Source of the DNA: Raillietiella orientalis | Taxonomy: Eukaryota | Direction of reading: 5' to 3' | Assembly (NCBI GenBank): GCA_036172245.1 | Contig: JAYWIR010000054.1 | Coordinates: forward strand, 930,001-981,351 | DNA length: 51,351 nucleotides | Shown here: piece by piece, positions 1-11,039 of the stretch | Layout of the letters: each line of letters opens with the position of its first letter | Position numbering within the stretch: the first letter of the stretch is position 1 | The notes under the pieces: generated by a model | Database searches by the model: none | Told to the model about the DNA's origin: nothing | What the model saw: the letters and a program-made list of their open reading frames with translations, nothing else | Position numbers and translations under genes: made by a program

Positions 1-1072
1 CCCCCAGAGCGACGTGGCATCTTTCCCGTCTGCGCGGTTGTCTGGGATGGTGGCTTTCCTGAAGCAACCGCGCCCTTTTTCGCGGGACCGCCACTTGAAG
101 ATGCCCCGCCCTTCGCGCCTGATTTCTCCCGTGGCACAACGGGGGATCTTTTCGGCGCGGACGGGGTTGATTGTTGGCGGCTTTTCGCCTGCCTCTTTCT
201 CTTCAGCTCGGCGCACTCTTTCATGCAGTGGCCGAGCTGTTTACAATAGCGGCAGTTGCGTGAAGGGCACGTCCACGGACGGTGGCCCTCGGCACCGCAA
301 ATGCCGCAAGCCGGTCGCTGACCGGCAAATTTAAGGTAGACGATCGCATCGCCCACCTGCAAGTGCGGAGGCATTTGCCTCCTATCCGCCATGGTGACAC
401 GCGCCATGGCAAGTCCGCTGTGGAGAGATGCAATCCTTTTGATCGGATTTTCTGCTCCCCACAGCGCGTGCACCGTGGCGAATGCACTTAGTGCAGCGAC
501 GAACACGCGATCGGGCGTGTCCACCTGGACGGCGGATAATCGGAACACGAACGACTGGTCCATGGCCGACGGGACCACCTCCTTCCCGCGGATATTTAGC
601 GGGGTGCGGAGAAGGCGCTGGACTAGTGATGCCTCTTTGCAGTGCACGTCCCAGTGTCCGAGCGCGTTAACCGGCATGACGGCCAGGAGGTCGTCCTTTC
701 GATCCCCGACGCGCAAAAGCTCGTCCCACAAATTTTCTCCGACCCCGTCGGAGATAGAAGCACTAACCGGATAGCAGAACGCAGGCTTGTAGCCATGGGC
801 TGCATATGCCTGCAGCTCTGCTTCGTCGGGCGGTGCTCCGTTGGCTGCCGCCGCCTTGACGACGGCGGCGAAGCTTCTCGCCGGTGGCGAGACACAAGAA
901 TCAGAGGCGGACCGGACATCTGGAGTAGAATCTCCACTGCCAGTAGTAGCCTTCACATCCATCTTTTGCTGCAGGGGCTCCGTGGACATCCCAGTGGACG
1001 CACTCGGGCACACCACACACAAGAAGACGGAAAGGAATCACGCTCGTGGAGCAACACAGAACACGTCCGTGC
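1..1072 (-). mobile_element. 5' end of non-LTR retrotransposon 'E' (5' UTR + ORF1), runs off the left edge; sits antisense within ORF1 of element A1
   Basis: Minus strand begins with the CGGACGTGTT 5' motif (1060-1069), also seen at other element 5' ends. Sequence from ~1070 matches ORF1 of family A (compare 44285 onward). Confidence 0.85.
3..989 (-). CDS. ORF1 gag-like nucleic-acid-binding protein with two CCHC zinc knuckles (partial, open to the window edge; absent from the ORF track)
   Basis: Manual translation from ATG at 989: MSTEPLQQKM...YAAHGYKPA...VHALW...CGICGAEGHRPWTC..CRYCKQLGHCMKEC, with no stop down to position 3. Homologous to the other ORF1s in the window. Confidence 0.85.
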   Translation of the reverse strand, partial: MSTEPLQQKMDVKATTGSGDSTPDVRSASDSCVSPPARSFAAVVKAAAANGAPPDEAELQAYAAHGYKPAFCYPVSASISDGVGENLWDELLRVGDRKDDLLAVMPVNALGHWDVHCKEASLVQRLLRTPLNIRGKEVVPSAMDQSFVFRLSAVQVDTPDRVFVAALSAFATVHALWGAENPIKRIASLHSGLAMARVTMADRRQMPPHLQVGDAIVYLKFAGQRPACGICGAEGHRPWTCPSRNCRYCKQLGHCMKECAELKRKRQAKSRQQSTPSAPKRSPVVPREKSGAKGGASSSGGPAKKGAVASGKPPSQTTAQTGKMPRRSG

Positions 1073-1629
1073 ACCGTTGTCGTCGAGCGTATTCCCGACC
1101 GCTGCGAAAAAGAACTCGCCGCTACCGTCGACCACCCCTCTGTTGACTCTCTCAACAGCGAGGGGAGCGAGCCGGCGGCGGCGTCCGTCATCAACACCAC
1201 CATCAATGACGTAGCCTTCGCGCGAGCCGCGGAGGAGCTGGAAGCCTCGTTGCAGCCAGAACCCACCATGGCTGGCAAGAATGCCGTAAGGCGTCCGGCC
1301 TCCCCTCAAGAGTACCCACTTCCGACCCCGAGGTGGAGGCCGGAAGCGCAGCCTCCGTTTCCACGGCACCGCGCAAGAAGGCTGGACGTAAGTCCACAAA
1401 GTCAACGAAGCTCGTCTCCCCCGTCGAAGGGGAAGAGATGGCTTCCGCAAGCGAGGGTGCCATCAGCGTGGGAAACTCTCGGGACCCGTCGCCCGAGAGA
1501 ATTCCACGCTCGGACACGGAGGATATGGTGAGGATGGAGGCCGAACAGGTACCCCAGGCGCCTGAAAAGGCCGAAACCCCCATGGACATCCCGCCCGCCT
1601 CAAAAGAGGCGGGCTCCCCCACACCTTAA
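1070..1629 (+). pseudogene. A1 ORF1 C-terminal acidic/Pro-rich tail (frameshift near 1300)
   Basis: ORFs 1046..1531 and 1333..1629 match the A2 ORF1 tail (DVAFARAAEEL, PRKKAGRKS, ETPMDIPP). Confidence 0.8.
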
Positions 1630-1643
1630 TCTTCCCAGCAGTA

Positions 1644-4600
1644 ATGCCGGGAATCTCCTCCCGCCGTCGTCTGCGCATCGCCGTTTAGAACGTGAACGGC
1701 ATGACAGACGCCGGCAGGAGACGAGACATGGCCGCCCTTCTTGAGTCCTACGACCTTGCGCTGCTGCAGGAGATCCACGTGATCTCTGCAGAACAAGCGC
1801 AAGAGATCGAACGGATCTCCGGAGAGCGGCTATGGTACATGTGTGGGAGAGAGAAAAGTTGCGGTGTCGCCTACCTGCTTCGGTCAGCCGTCGAGGCCGC
1901 GGCGCGGGGCGTGCGGTTCGACGATCACGGTCGTGTCGGCCAGCTGACTCTCAGGTGGTCCGACTCGATCGAACTGATCGTCACGAACGTGTACGCACCG
2001 AACGGCAAGGACCTGATGAACAGGAGGGCGAGGAAAGAGTTTTTCCTTGCCCTCAGGCGAGACTGGCTGACCGAAGCAGGCGTGCGGAATGCCCATCTGG
2101 TTGCAGGCGATTTGAACGTTCGCCTGAAACCAGATGGGCAGAATCCCGAGCGTGACCTGGTAAACGAGGTGTGCATGGCGGTGCACACCTGTAATTTGTT
2201 GGTCAGTGCACCAGGGATGGAAGACAGCATTGACCACGTGTTTCTTGACGCGCACCTGTGCCCTCGCGTGGGCAGGCGCGGCAAGTTACCGTGAGAGCTG
2301 TCCGACCATCGCCCGCTAGTCCTCGAGATCCATCCGCGCGACAGGGGCCCCCCCTTGTCAGCGTGGCGTCTCCCAGAGGACTGGCTGAAACTCCCGGATG
2401 CGGCGGAACATCTCCGCACGTTCATACGGAGCTTCAGGCTGCGGACACTCCAGGATTGGGACCACTTCAAGCGGTCAGTCCAGGAGTTCCGCGACCAGTT
2501 CCCTCTGCACCGCCCACCTACGGGTTTTGCGACCGAGGTCCGTAACGAACGAGCCTACCTGCAGGTCCGTCGTTACGCCAGGACCCCCGACATCCGCAGG
2601 CTGGCGGAATACAAAGCGGGAGCCGAGAGGCAAGCCTGGCATTCCGGATCGGCCAGCTTACTGGACGATCAGGGCCAGGAGCACTCGGCACCTGCCCAAA
2701 TCCGCGGCTTGCTGCGGAGTTACAACTCCTCCCTGTATGCCAGGGCGCCTCCGGAGAGGAACGTCTCACGACTCCTGCTTCCGGAAGGTTCCTTAGCGAT
2801 AGTGGAGGAGCAGAGAAAGACCCTCGACGTGCCTTTCACGATGGACGAGATCCTCTCGGCCATCGGAAAGCTCAAGAGGCGAAAGGCTCCAGGGGAGGAC
2901 GGCCTGCACGCGGAGTTTTATCAAACTTTCGCGGCTGAGCTTACCCCCCTGGTACAGCAACTCACCTTGCTGATACGCGAAACAGGTGACGTTCCCGCCT
3001 CGTTTCGTTCGGCAAAGGTGCGGCTCCTCCCTAAGGGAAGATATCTGAGGAGCATGAACAACTGGCGTCCCATCACAATAGTGAATGCGGACGCAAAGTT
3101 GCTGGCTAAGGTTTGGACAGAGCGTCTGGGACGGGTTGCCAATATCTTCATCATCCCGGAACAGACATATGCTGTTCCCAGGCGTAGCATGGAATCGAAC
3201 CTGTTCCACGCTTCCACCTGGCTAGAGCTCCAACATGAAAGGAGCTTGGTGCGCAACCGGAATTCCGGTGCGTGCGCCGGCAAGGGGTTGGATGGTCGGG
3301 TGGGGGAGGGAGCCCTTGCGGTCGCAATCGACTTGCGAAAAGCATTCGAATGCGTCGACCAGAATCTCCTTCTGGAGCTTCTGGAACGCTTGGGCTTCCC
3401 GGCCTCATTAGTGGCCTATCTGCGCTCCTGCTGGCGCGACGCGCTCATCAAGGTTACTTTCAGCGGGCAGACCGTGCACGGCGTGCCGGTGCGGCGTGGG
3501 AACCGGCAGGGAGACAGCCTGATCCCATTGCTCTTCAGTACCTACTTTGAGTTGGTACTGAGAGCGTACAGGGGAACTCTGGCGCACCTGCCGCACGACT
3601 GTGCCGGTACGTCGGCCGTTTCAGCGTACGCGGACGACCTTCTGCTTCTGCTCCCTATGTCCACCCCGGCTTCGGCGGACGAGGAGTTCTTCGACCTGCT
3701 GCATCGGGGAACCGGACTTTCGGTGAACAGGGCGAAGTCGTCCGTGATGCCAGTTGGTGCGGCGTGGACAGGGCAGCAGGACTGGGTCCGTTTGGGGATC
3801 TCCACGGTGGGGTACTTCAAGTACCTTGGTGTGCCGTTGGGGGACTACTCCCCTGCGAAAGCGTGGTCCGGCTGCCTCCAAAAAGTAGAGACGGCGATCG
3901 GCCCGTTCCGAGGCGGCAGGTTTTTCCTGCCTGAACGGGCGGCGGTTTGGAACACTTTCGCATCGCCTCTCCTCCGCCCCCTGCTTTTTGTTTTCCCCAT
4001 CACAGAGAGAATTAAAAAGCGGACAGAGGACGTCCTCAGTATCGCCCTTTGGGGCAACGGGAGGGCCCAGGTCCGCTTAAAGGACTTGTGCGCTCCTCGT
4101 CGGGATGTTGGTGTGGGCCTCCTGACGCTGGAGCGGCTGGAGCTTCAGCTCCAGTTCCGATTGTCGGCACTCGTTCCAGAGTTGTGGTGCACCTGTTGGT
4201 GCGTCCCTGCACGTCTCCTTCTCCAGCAAGTCACCTGCAAGACCGGACTGACGTCGTTTCTTGCACTCCGTCGCCGCGTCAACCGATGCGGACTCCAGCT
4301 ACGGAGGGTGGCTGCGCTGTATCGCAAAAACTCAGGATCGCTCACCTGTCGGCGTTTGAACGGTAGTGCCTGGTTGCAGGAAACCGTTCGAACGTGGGGA
4401 CAGTTCGGCATGCAACGCTCCCAACAGGAACGAAGGTTCCTGTTTGGGGGTAACAGAAGTTGCACGCTTCGCTTGATCCTGGTGGATCCAAAGAAGAGAG
4501 CGTGTGCAGGAAGAACCCCCCTCGCTGCTGCGCTGCCCTCCCTGATGGAAGATCTGGACAGCGATGTTGCGGCGAAGTGGGTTGTTACAGTAACAATCTC

Positions 4601-5225
4601 CGGAAAGGAGAAGAAGATAGGAGAGTGGAAGATGGGCCAGTTAACAGGCGCTGCGACCCCGAGTACGCCCTTCAATGGACTTCTGGGCTGGGGCGCGCTG
4701 CTCGATGTTCCCATTGAACGTTTGAAGTGGCCCTCGGTACTAATGAACACCTCCACCCTCCCCTTAAAATAACAGGAGTCGGCTCTCCTGTTGCAGCACT
4801 GGGGACTCCCCTGCAACGCCCGCCGACACCACTGGACCTGGGGAGCGGTGGATCCCAATTGCGTCAGGTGTGGGGAACGGGAGTCCCTTCCCCACCTGCT
4901 GGGGGATTGTGTTGCCCTTCGGCCCCTTTGGTTCCGCTTTGCCGCGGCCATCGGAATCCCCTGCGGCAACCCTAGGGACGCACTGAAAGCCCTCTTCGTT
5001 GCCGACGCCCTTCGGCCAGCGGCCTCGTTAGCAGCTTTGTGCTGCCTACGCGGGATCGTCACCGCTTGGAGCAAGGCTACGGGAGGACAACGCGACCAGG
5101 TTGCCATCCAGCCAGCCTCCCAGTTTCTGAGGATGGCTTCCCGATGGCCCCACCTGGATCCAGGAATACAGAAGGAGCTTTCCGGCATCCTGCAAAGGAT
5201 GCAACGGCCCCACCAGCAACTGTGA
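1644..5225 (+). pseudogene. A1 ORF2: APE endonuclease - reverse transcriptase - C-terminal Cys/His finger; one frame with three in-frame stops (1686, 2292, 4770)
   Basis: APE motifs (W)NVNG, LLQEIH, NVYAP, AGDLN, IDHVF, SDH. RT motifs KAPGEDG, WRPITIVN, DLRKAFE, RQGDSL, YADD, KYLG. C-terminal CVRCGERESLPHLLGDC. Confidence 0.95.
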
Positions 5226-5444
5226 TTCCTTCCCTTACCCTCCCAACTTTTCTTTTCTTTTTTGTTTTTTTTTTTTGTTTTTCCCCCTTCCACCTGCTGC
5301 GGTGGTGGACCGTACCGGTCTGCGAACCGGTGACCCGGAAGGCTGTGTGTTTCTTCGTGCGTGGCTGGTGCAATGGTCGAGCCACTGCATGTCTTTGTAA
5401 ATGTTTGTTTTATAATAAACGCCTCGGCGAAATCCGGGTGAAAA

Positions 5445-5617
5445 TCAAACGCCTTGCGGAGATCGAACGCGACCGCCAATGCACCCTGCGATTCCTTAGT
5501 CCGAATGCAGCGACGGCTAGCGTCGGCAGCCGGAGATGCGGTTGCCTGGCTATCGTGCGCCACGCAACGTTGGAGCTCGAGCCACGTGCGCTCGAAGAAC
5601 AGGTTCGTCTCCATGGA
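5445..5617 (-). mobile_element. RT fragment of a host element, ending at DLRKAFD where A1 is inserted
   Basis: METNLFFERTWLELQ...GALAVAFDLRKAFD on the minus strand. Confidence 0.85.
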
Positions 5618-5715
5618 CCATCTGCAGTCGCTCGCGGACTGGGACGACTTGAAGAGCTCAGTCCGAGAGTTCTGTGACCAGTTTCCACTCCATCAACTTC
5701 CTCCAGGTTTCGGGG
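5618..5715 (+). mobile_element. APE-RT linker fragment of family F, ending at PPGFG
   Basis: HLQSLADWDDLKSSVREFCDQFPLHQLPPGFG, nearly the same as 35299-35395. Confidence 0.85.
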
Positions 5716-6750
5716 ATGCCACCCGGATACGCTGGTACATTTATCAAAAACATTTCAGCAGTCAATACAGAACGTGGTACAAGGCCCCACTGACGGCCAA
5801 GGAATACCGGAACTGCCGGGACACCGGGACGCAGCCCGGTGTGGCTCTCCTCGGCAGTGGAGGGGGATGGGGAAGGAAAAAAATTAAATTAAAGAGAAAA
5901 ACAAACCACAAAAAAAGATTGGAGGGCCGGGAAGGGATCACAGAAAACCGCTGGGAGGGCCCTTGCTTTGCAGGATGCCTTCTAGTTCCAGGCCGCCACG
6001 ATACCACGAATGCAGCAAAGTGCTGCCAGGGCTGCGGCTGGAATAAGGGCGTTTCGCACGAAGACAAGACTGTAGACACATCCAACATTGCCACCATCCG
6101 GTATTGCAAGGGCCGTTTTAAGACGATACCAAAGAATCCGGACGGCAGAGCATTCAACTAAGAGGTGGGGGAGCGACTCCCGCTCCCCACTCTTGGTACA
6201 CGCAGGATTTACTCTTCCCCGCGTCCAGTGGAAGCAGCGCGCGTTGCAGGGTAGACCTCAATGCAGTCACAGAAGCGTCAATTCGTGCCACTTCAGGGGA
6301 AGAATCCTGGATCCAAGTAAAACCGGGTGCCATTTCAGGTTATTCAATCGAATGCCGAGCAGCTCGCCCTATCTTCTTAATCCACGCGGCTGGAGACTAG
6401 GGGTCGTAGCGTCTGTCAACACTCCCATGGCACAGACGCTCGCCATCTTCTCTCTGCCTGAGATACGGCAGCAGAATTGCTACCTCGGCTTTCGTCTTTC
6501 GTGGAGAGCCCTTTGGAAGAAGGGCATCGCCGTAGCAAGGGGTGTCCCTTCCGCCCACGTGCAACTCGGTGGAAATTCAAGAATTTTACGCGGAGTTCGG
6601 CGGGCGTAAGAGCTGTTCATACGCATTCTTTGGTTGCAGCCAGAGCAAGCCATCCATAAGTTCTTGTGTGTGTGGAATTGCAGCCGTTCGAAGGCAGAAT
6701 TGCCTGAAGTCGCCGCAACACTTTCGACGGGAAGCGTGTGACCCACGTCT
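5716..6750 (-). mobile_element. 5'-truncated family B element (ORF2 C-terminus + 3' UTR)
   Basis: Closely similar to 40986-42000. Carries a Cys/His finger region and a 3' terminal hairpin at 5716-5745. Confidence 0.9.
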
Positions 6751-6759
6751 CTGCAGCCC

Positions 6760-8865
6760 ATAAAGGTGGGGTCATGCCCCAACACAAAATCGGGCCCCAC
6801 CGCCCCGTGAGGGCTTGGAACAAGGTGGCTGTGTCGGCTCCACCCGACGTGGCCGCAGAAGTTGAAGCCTAAATGAAGGAGGGCTACAAAGCTGCCCTCC
6901 TTTATAAGGTAGGAAATCTCCAATCTCCGCTAACTACGCGGAAATTTGGAAACGACATCCGTAGGATGGGAATAACAGACAAGAATAACAGATGGGAATA
7001 ACATTCTGCGCTTCTCGGTACACAGCATCGGGCAGTTCGCGGAGCTCATCTGCGGAAATGGGGCGCTCACGCACAAACTCCTTTGCACTCACATAACTTC
7101 TGAAGGACGCAATTTAATTCCACACACGGTGGATCACTCGATAGAAGTCCACCTAACAGGTACCACTGCACGAATGAGGCAGGAAGCCATCCGCACAGAA
7201 ATCGACAAATTCGCGGAGATATACGCGATGTGGAAGGAGCCCAACTTTTGTTCTTATCGAGATAGGGTGCGGGAGTCCCCTTCACCTTATAGTTGACTGT
7301 CCTGCCCTCCGGATTCTGTGGGATCGTCTCGGAACGGCTTTCGCATCACTCACTCTCGGGCCCCTGCTTTTAGTGTGCCCAACTTCTTCCCAAGTGAGGA
7401 CACGGACAAGGGGCCTCATAAGAACAGCACTCTGGGCAAGCGGATGCCCAGCGTGCGGCTCAAAGGCATGTGCGCTCCACGTAGGGTCGGTGGACTTGAT
7501 TCTCCTGATGTTGAAGCGCATGGAACGGCAGCTCCAAATAAGAAAACTTGCCCTTGTGGCAAAATATTGGACCGCACCCTGGTGGACGCCCACACGAATC
7601 CTCTCCGAGAGGGCAACCGCCTGCTATGGATTGACCTCAATCCTAATAGCCAACGACCGTAATCTAAACCATTGTGGAATTCGGCTACGGGACTTTATTG
7701 CTCTGTTGAGGGACAGACCGTGGATCTCCTGCAGCCCGTGTACTGGACTACCTGGTTTCAGGATTCCGTTTCTGCATGGGCAAAAATCAACGGCTCCAGC
7801 GATGTAGACTTCTCCTTCCTCCGTCGAGGCAGGTTTGCTGGCCACTCACTGCAGATCATTTCCAACCTACGGAAACTGCTGTGGGCTAACTTACCCCCTT
7901 GTCTCCGTGATGCCCTTCCTCAGAGAAACAAGGGATAGACAAGAGAAGCCATCGTGGGAAAAGTCCTGCCTCCTCGGAGGATGGAAAAAACCTATAAAGG
8001 CGTGGAGGTACCGGGAACTAGCGCACGCTGCAACACGGAGTGTCCCGCTTAATGGAATTGTGCACTCAATCGAGCTGCTCGACATGCCTTCGGAGGAAGT
8101 GAAGTGGCCCCCAGCATCTTGGGACAACGGCACCCTCCTTCTGCAGCGGCAGGAGACGGCGTAGCTTCTGCTCCATTGGGGACTTCTTTGCAGAGCACGC
8201 CTCGTACACTCTACCTTAATAAGTTCGAATGCCCACTGTGCTCTGTATCGAAAGGGATACCTTCCCCTGCCTAATTATAGTATGTGTGGTCCTCCGCTAG
8301 ATGTGGGACCGACTTTCGTCGATTCCAAACATTCCCGTGGGCAATCGGAAAAACATTTTTCGGTGCCTACTGATGCGGGACGCCATGCCGTCCGCAGTGT
8401 GTGTCCCAGTACTCTGTTGCATGTGCGGAATTTCGGATAAGTGGACTGCAACCAGGGGAATACGCTGAAGTCGGAATGCCATTCACTGGCAACCATCTCT
8501 TCGGAGAAGGCTTCCCGTTGGCGCCGACTAAGAAAACTTCTGCCGACACTTGTTCGCATCCAAAATCGAATGCAGAGGTCTCTACAGGGCGTACCGTGTT
8601 CCCTCCCCTTCTCTCCCCTCCCAGAAAACATTGTACCACCAAGCGTTTTTTTTTCGTTTTGATTTGTTTTCTGTTTTTACGGCCCCTGGTCCCGTGAAAA
8701 GTACTTTACCGGTCTGCGGCTCAATAAGGACAAGTGCCCCGAGACAGCAGAACATATGTTCTGACTGAAAAATAAAAGTGATCATGACACAAGAAGAAGA
8801 CTTTATTATAAATAATTTCTCCTTGTAAATATTTTAATAATAAAAGTCTTGGCTTACCCGGGAAA
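6760..8865 (+). mobile_element. Degenerate, internally deleted element G (ORF1 5' remnant joined to ORF2 C-terminal half and 3' UTR)
   Basis: YKAALLYKVGNL near 6885; VRLKGMCAPRRVGGL; RMERQLQIR; EVKWPPASW; T-rich UTR near 8645; AATAAA...CCCGGG at 8839-8862. Confidence 0.7.
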
Positions 8866-8869
8866 AAAA

Positions 8870-9294
8870 CCTGGTTGCAGTTGAATCCATGGACAAGGCT
8901 GCAGGGTGGTCTCGCCTTCGTGACGTACTCAAAGCTGACATCGCCGTCATCCTGCGCCCATTTATAGTCTCTTAAAAAGGGCGCACTTCGGTGCCATCTG
9001 TGAGGTCTCATCCAGTCACTATCGCAACCCCGTTCTTTGTTTTGAGTTCACAATGCTGTTACCTATATTCTTGTGCCCTGCTGAGCAATCTCAAGGACCG
9101 TTTTTCAAGCTTCCCCCATTCATTGTTTTCCTTTTGTTTTTGTTTGTTTGTTTTCTCCGACCCACACGTATCTGGAAAATTCTCTTGATTCCTCCGGAGT
9201 CGTCGGTAGGCGCTAGATTCCCAACTGGTTTACTTGATATAATTTTTTCCTTCTCATTACATAAAGTAAACGCCCCGCCGTGAGCGGGTGAGAA
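8870..9294 (+). mobile_element. 3'-end fragment of a further element
   Basis: T-rich tract 9120-9156 and terminal TAAACG-CCCGC-cgtga-GCGGG-TG at 9267-9290. Confidence 0.65.
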
Positions 9295-10400
9295 ATCTCA
9301 TGGACTTCGGTTGCGGTGATCACGTGGATCTTCTGCACGAATGCAGGTTCTAATTTCTGCAGGCTTTGGGCAGTATCTCGTCTGTTGGAATCGTTGTGCA
9401 GCCTGTTAACGTTCCAGGAGGCCACACGGATCCCATAGCGATAGGTGTGTTCACTTGTTATGCCTGGGAACATGGCGGAGCGGCTATCGCCACGTGTAGG
9501 AGAGGGACGCTAGACTGGGTGGCGTTTTGCGTTCCTGCTTTCCCTCCTCCATACGCGGGACGCAGTTGGCACCTTCTTTGCGGCAGATTTCTCCGCACGC
9601 TGTTTTTCAGGTTGTGTGGAGCGCTTTTTCTCGTGCTTTGCGGACGCGATGCGAAGTATTGCGTTTGCGGATTCCCTACGGTTGTGGTCATTGCGCTGCA
9701 TGGTTTGCACTGAACGCTCAGGTGCACCTTCTTGAGGTGGCGCGATGGATTGCAGAATTTACTGTATTTAGGCTTTTTGACATGCGAAAGTTCGACATTT
9801 CCACCAGCGACCGCTATTTTGTGGAAAACTTGCTGCTTTCCCGGGCAGAGATTCGCGCGCATGCAAGGTCCCGTTGTAGTTTCGCATGCTTCACAAACGA
9901 AGAAGGCTAGGAGTACTGCGCATGAACCGCGCCGCGCTGTTTGAATACGGCGCGAAGTTCTGCCCTCTCTATACGCGCTGTGACACCTAATAGCGGACCA
10001 CAATGCTGTGGTGCACCGTAATAGGAAGAAGACTGCGCTTTCCCATGGTAACGGGGGTTTTCAGCATCCGCTGAGCTAAATCTGTCTCTTTGCAGTATAC
10101 TTCCACCAATTTTCACCCTTCGCATGCTCATCGCGCCCAGTTGTTCCTCCGGCACGTTGATAGCAAGCAAAGGCTTCGAAAAGGTGTAAGCACGCTGCGG
10201 AAAAAACAAGTAGCCCATCTTGTAGAGCAACATGTGGTTGAGCTGCCATTCACTTACGCAATGAATTTTGACGCGACTGCAGGTATAGTCGCCGCACCAC
10301 GTCTCTCGAAGCTCAAGATGCCGCGGGGACCGATTCGGTAAACGGCTGTTGCCACCTCCATCGCCTCTGACGACCACGTCGCAGCCTGGCACTCACTAAT
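9295..10400 (-). mobile_element. Degenerate element H: ORF1 remnant and start of the APE domain
   Basis: IRVASWNVN...VQKIHVITATEVHEI (APE). KPKYSKFCNPSRHLKK (decayed zinc knuckle). YKMGYLF. Confidence 0.75.
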
Positions 10401-10950
10401 GGTCCCGTCAGGAGTTCCTGCCTTATCCACAGTCCCACTGAACTCAACGCACTGAAGAAAGGGATCACTGCACCGCGACGGACCAAGAAAACACGTCTAT
10501 TCTGCGAAACCAAAGCGTTCGACTGCATCAAAGAGGAGTACCTCCTGAAGCATTCTGGACTCTCGAGATTCGAGACGGTCTTCCTGTCTTCTCTGCGCTC
10601 TAGTTGGCAATTCGCGATAGTAAACATTTTTTTTAGCGGCACGCGCGTGTACGGTGTGCGGGTTCGTCGTGGCAAAGTGATACACCTAGTGAGCAGGAGG
10701 AATAAGTAGGATGCCCTTCACGTCACCCGCTTCCTGCAGATATCGTCGAGGTAGCTCTGCCTAGAAAGGGACGTGAAGGAGCTCTCCGACATCCTGCAAC
10801 TAAAGCAAAAGCCTCACCCACCACGAAATGTGATCCCTTTCCGTCCCACAAGCTAATCTCGTTTTGGTCAACTTTTATTTTTATTATTTCCTTTTTTATC
10901 TAGTTTTGTTTTATCCATCTTCTTCTTCTTAGGCTCGATAAGCCTCGCTG
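10400..10950 (+). mobile_element. Degenerate ORF2 3' fragment with T-rich UTR
   Basis: GTGAAGGAGCTCTCCGACATCCTGCAA...TGTGATCCCTTTCC matches ORF2 ends of other copies; a T-rich tract follows. Confidence 0.6.
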
Positions 10951-11039
10951 GCTCTCACTTATTTCCACTGTGATAATCAGGATCATCTAGCCATCTGGCT
11001 TCACTGATAGCTCTAAGAGATATAATTGCCTAGGTGCAC

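Larger units (their letters stand above)
1070..5444 (+). mobile_element. Non-LTR retrotransposon A1 (3' part of ORF1, ORF2, 3' UTR)
   Basis: Colinear with and closely similar to 44285-48676. Ends AATAAA-hairpin-GTGAAAA at 5414-5444. Confidence 0.95.

Noticed and set aside
1686..1688. TAG at the WNVNG Trp in both A1 and C as programmed readthrough or an alternative genetic code
   Set aside because: A2, F and H have TGG there. A single G>A change in decayed copies is sufficient.
2355..4772. RT as a bacterial retron, group II intron or DGR-type system
   Set aside because: An N-terminal APE domain, a CCHC ORF1 and a C-terminal Cys/His finger identify eukaryotic non-LTR elements.
5240..5290. T-rich or A-rich tracts read as poly(A) tails of opposite-strand elements
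   Set aside because: They lie just after ORF2 stops inside the 3' UTR, ~150-200 nt before the true terminus, in the element's own sense as T-tracts.
4145..5614. 489-aa minus-strand ORF (similarly 30732..31799, 35142..36110 and 47772..48617)
   Set aside because: These are shadow or chimeric frames across junctions of GC-rich elements. Only the first ~57 aa of 4145..5614 are a real RT fragment.
6963..7003. Short GATGGGAATAACA duplication
   Set aside because: Local slippage in a degenerate element. There is no regular repeat-spacer structure, so it is not CRISPR-like.
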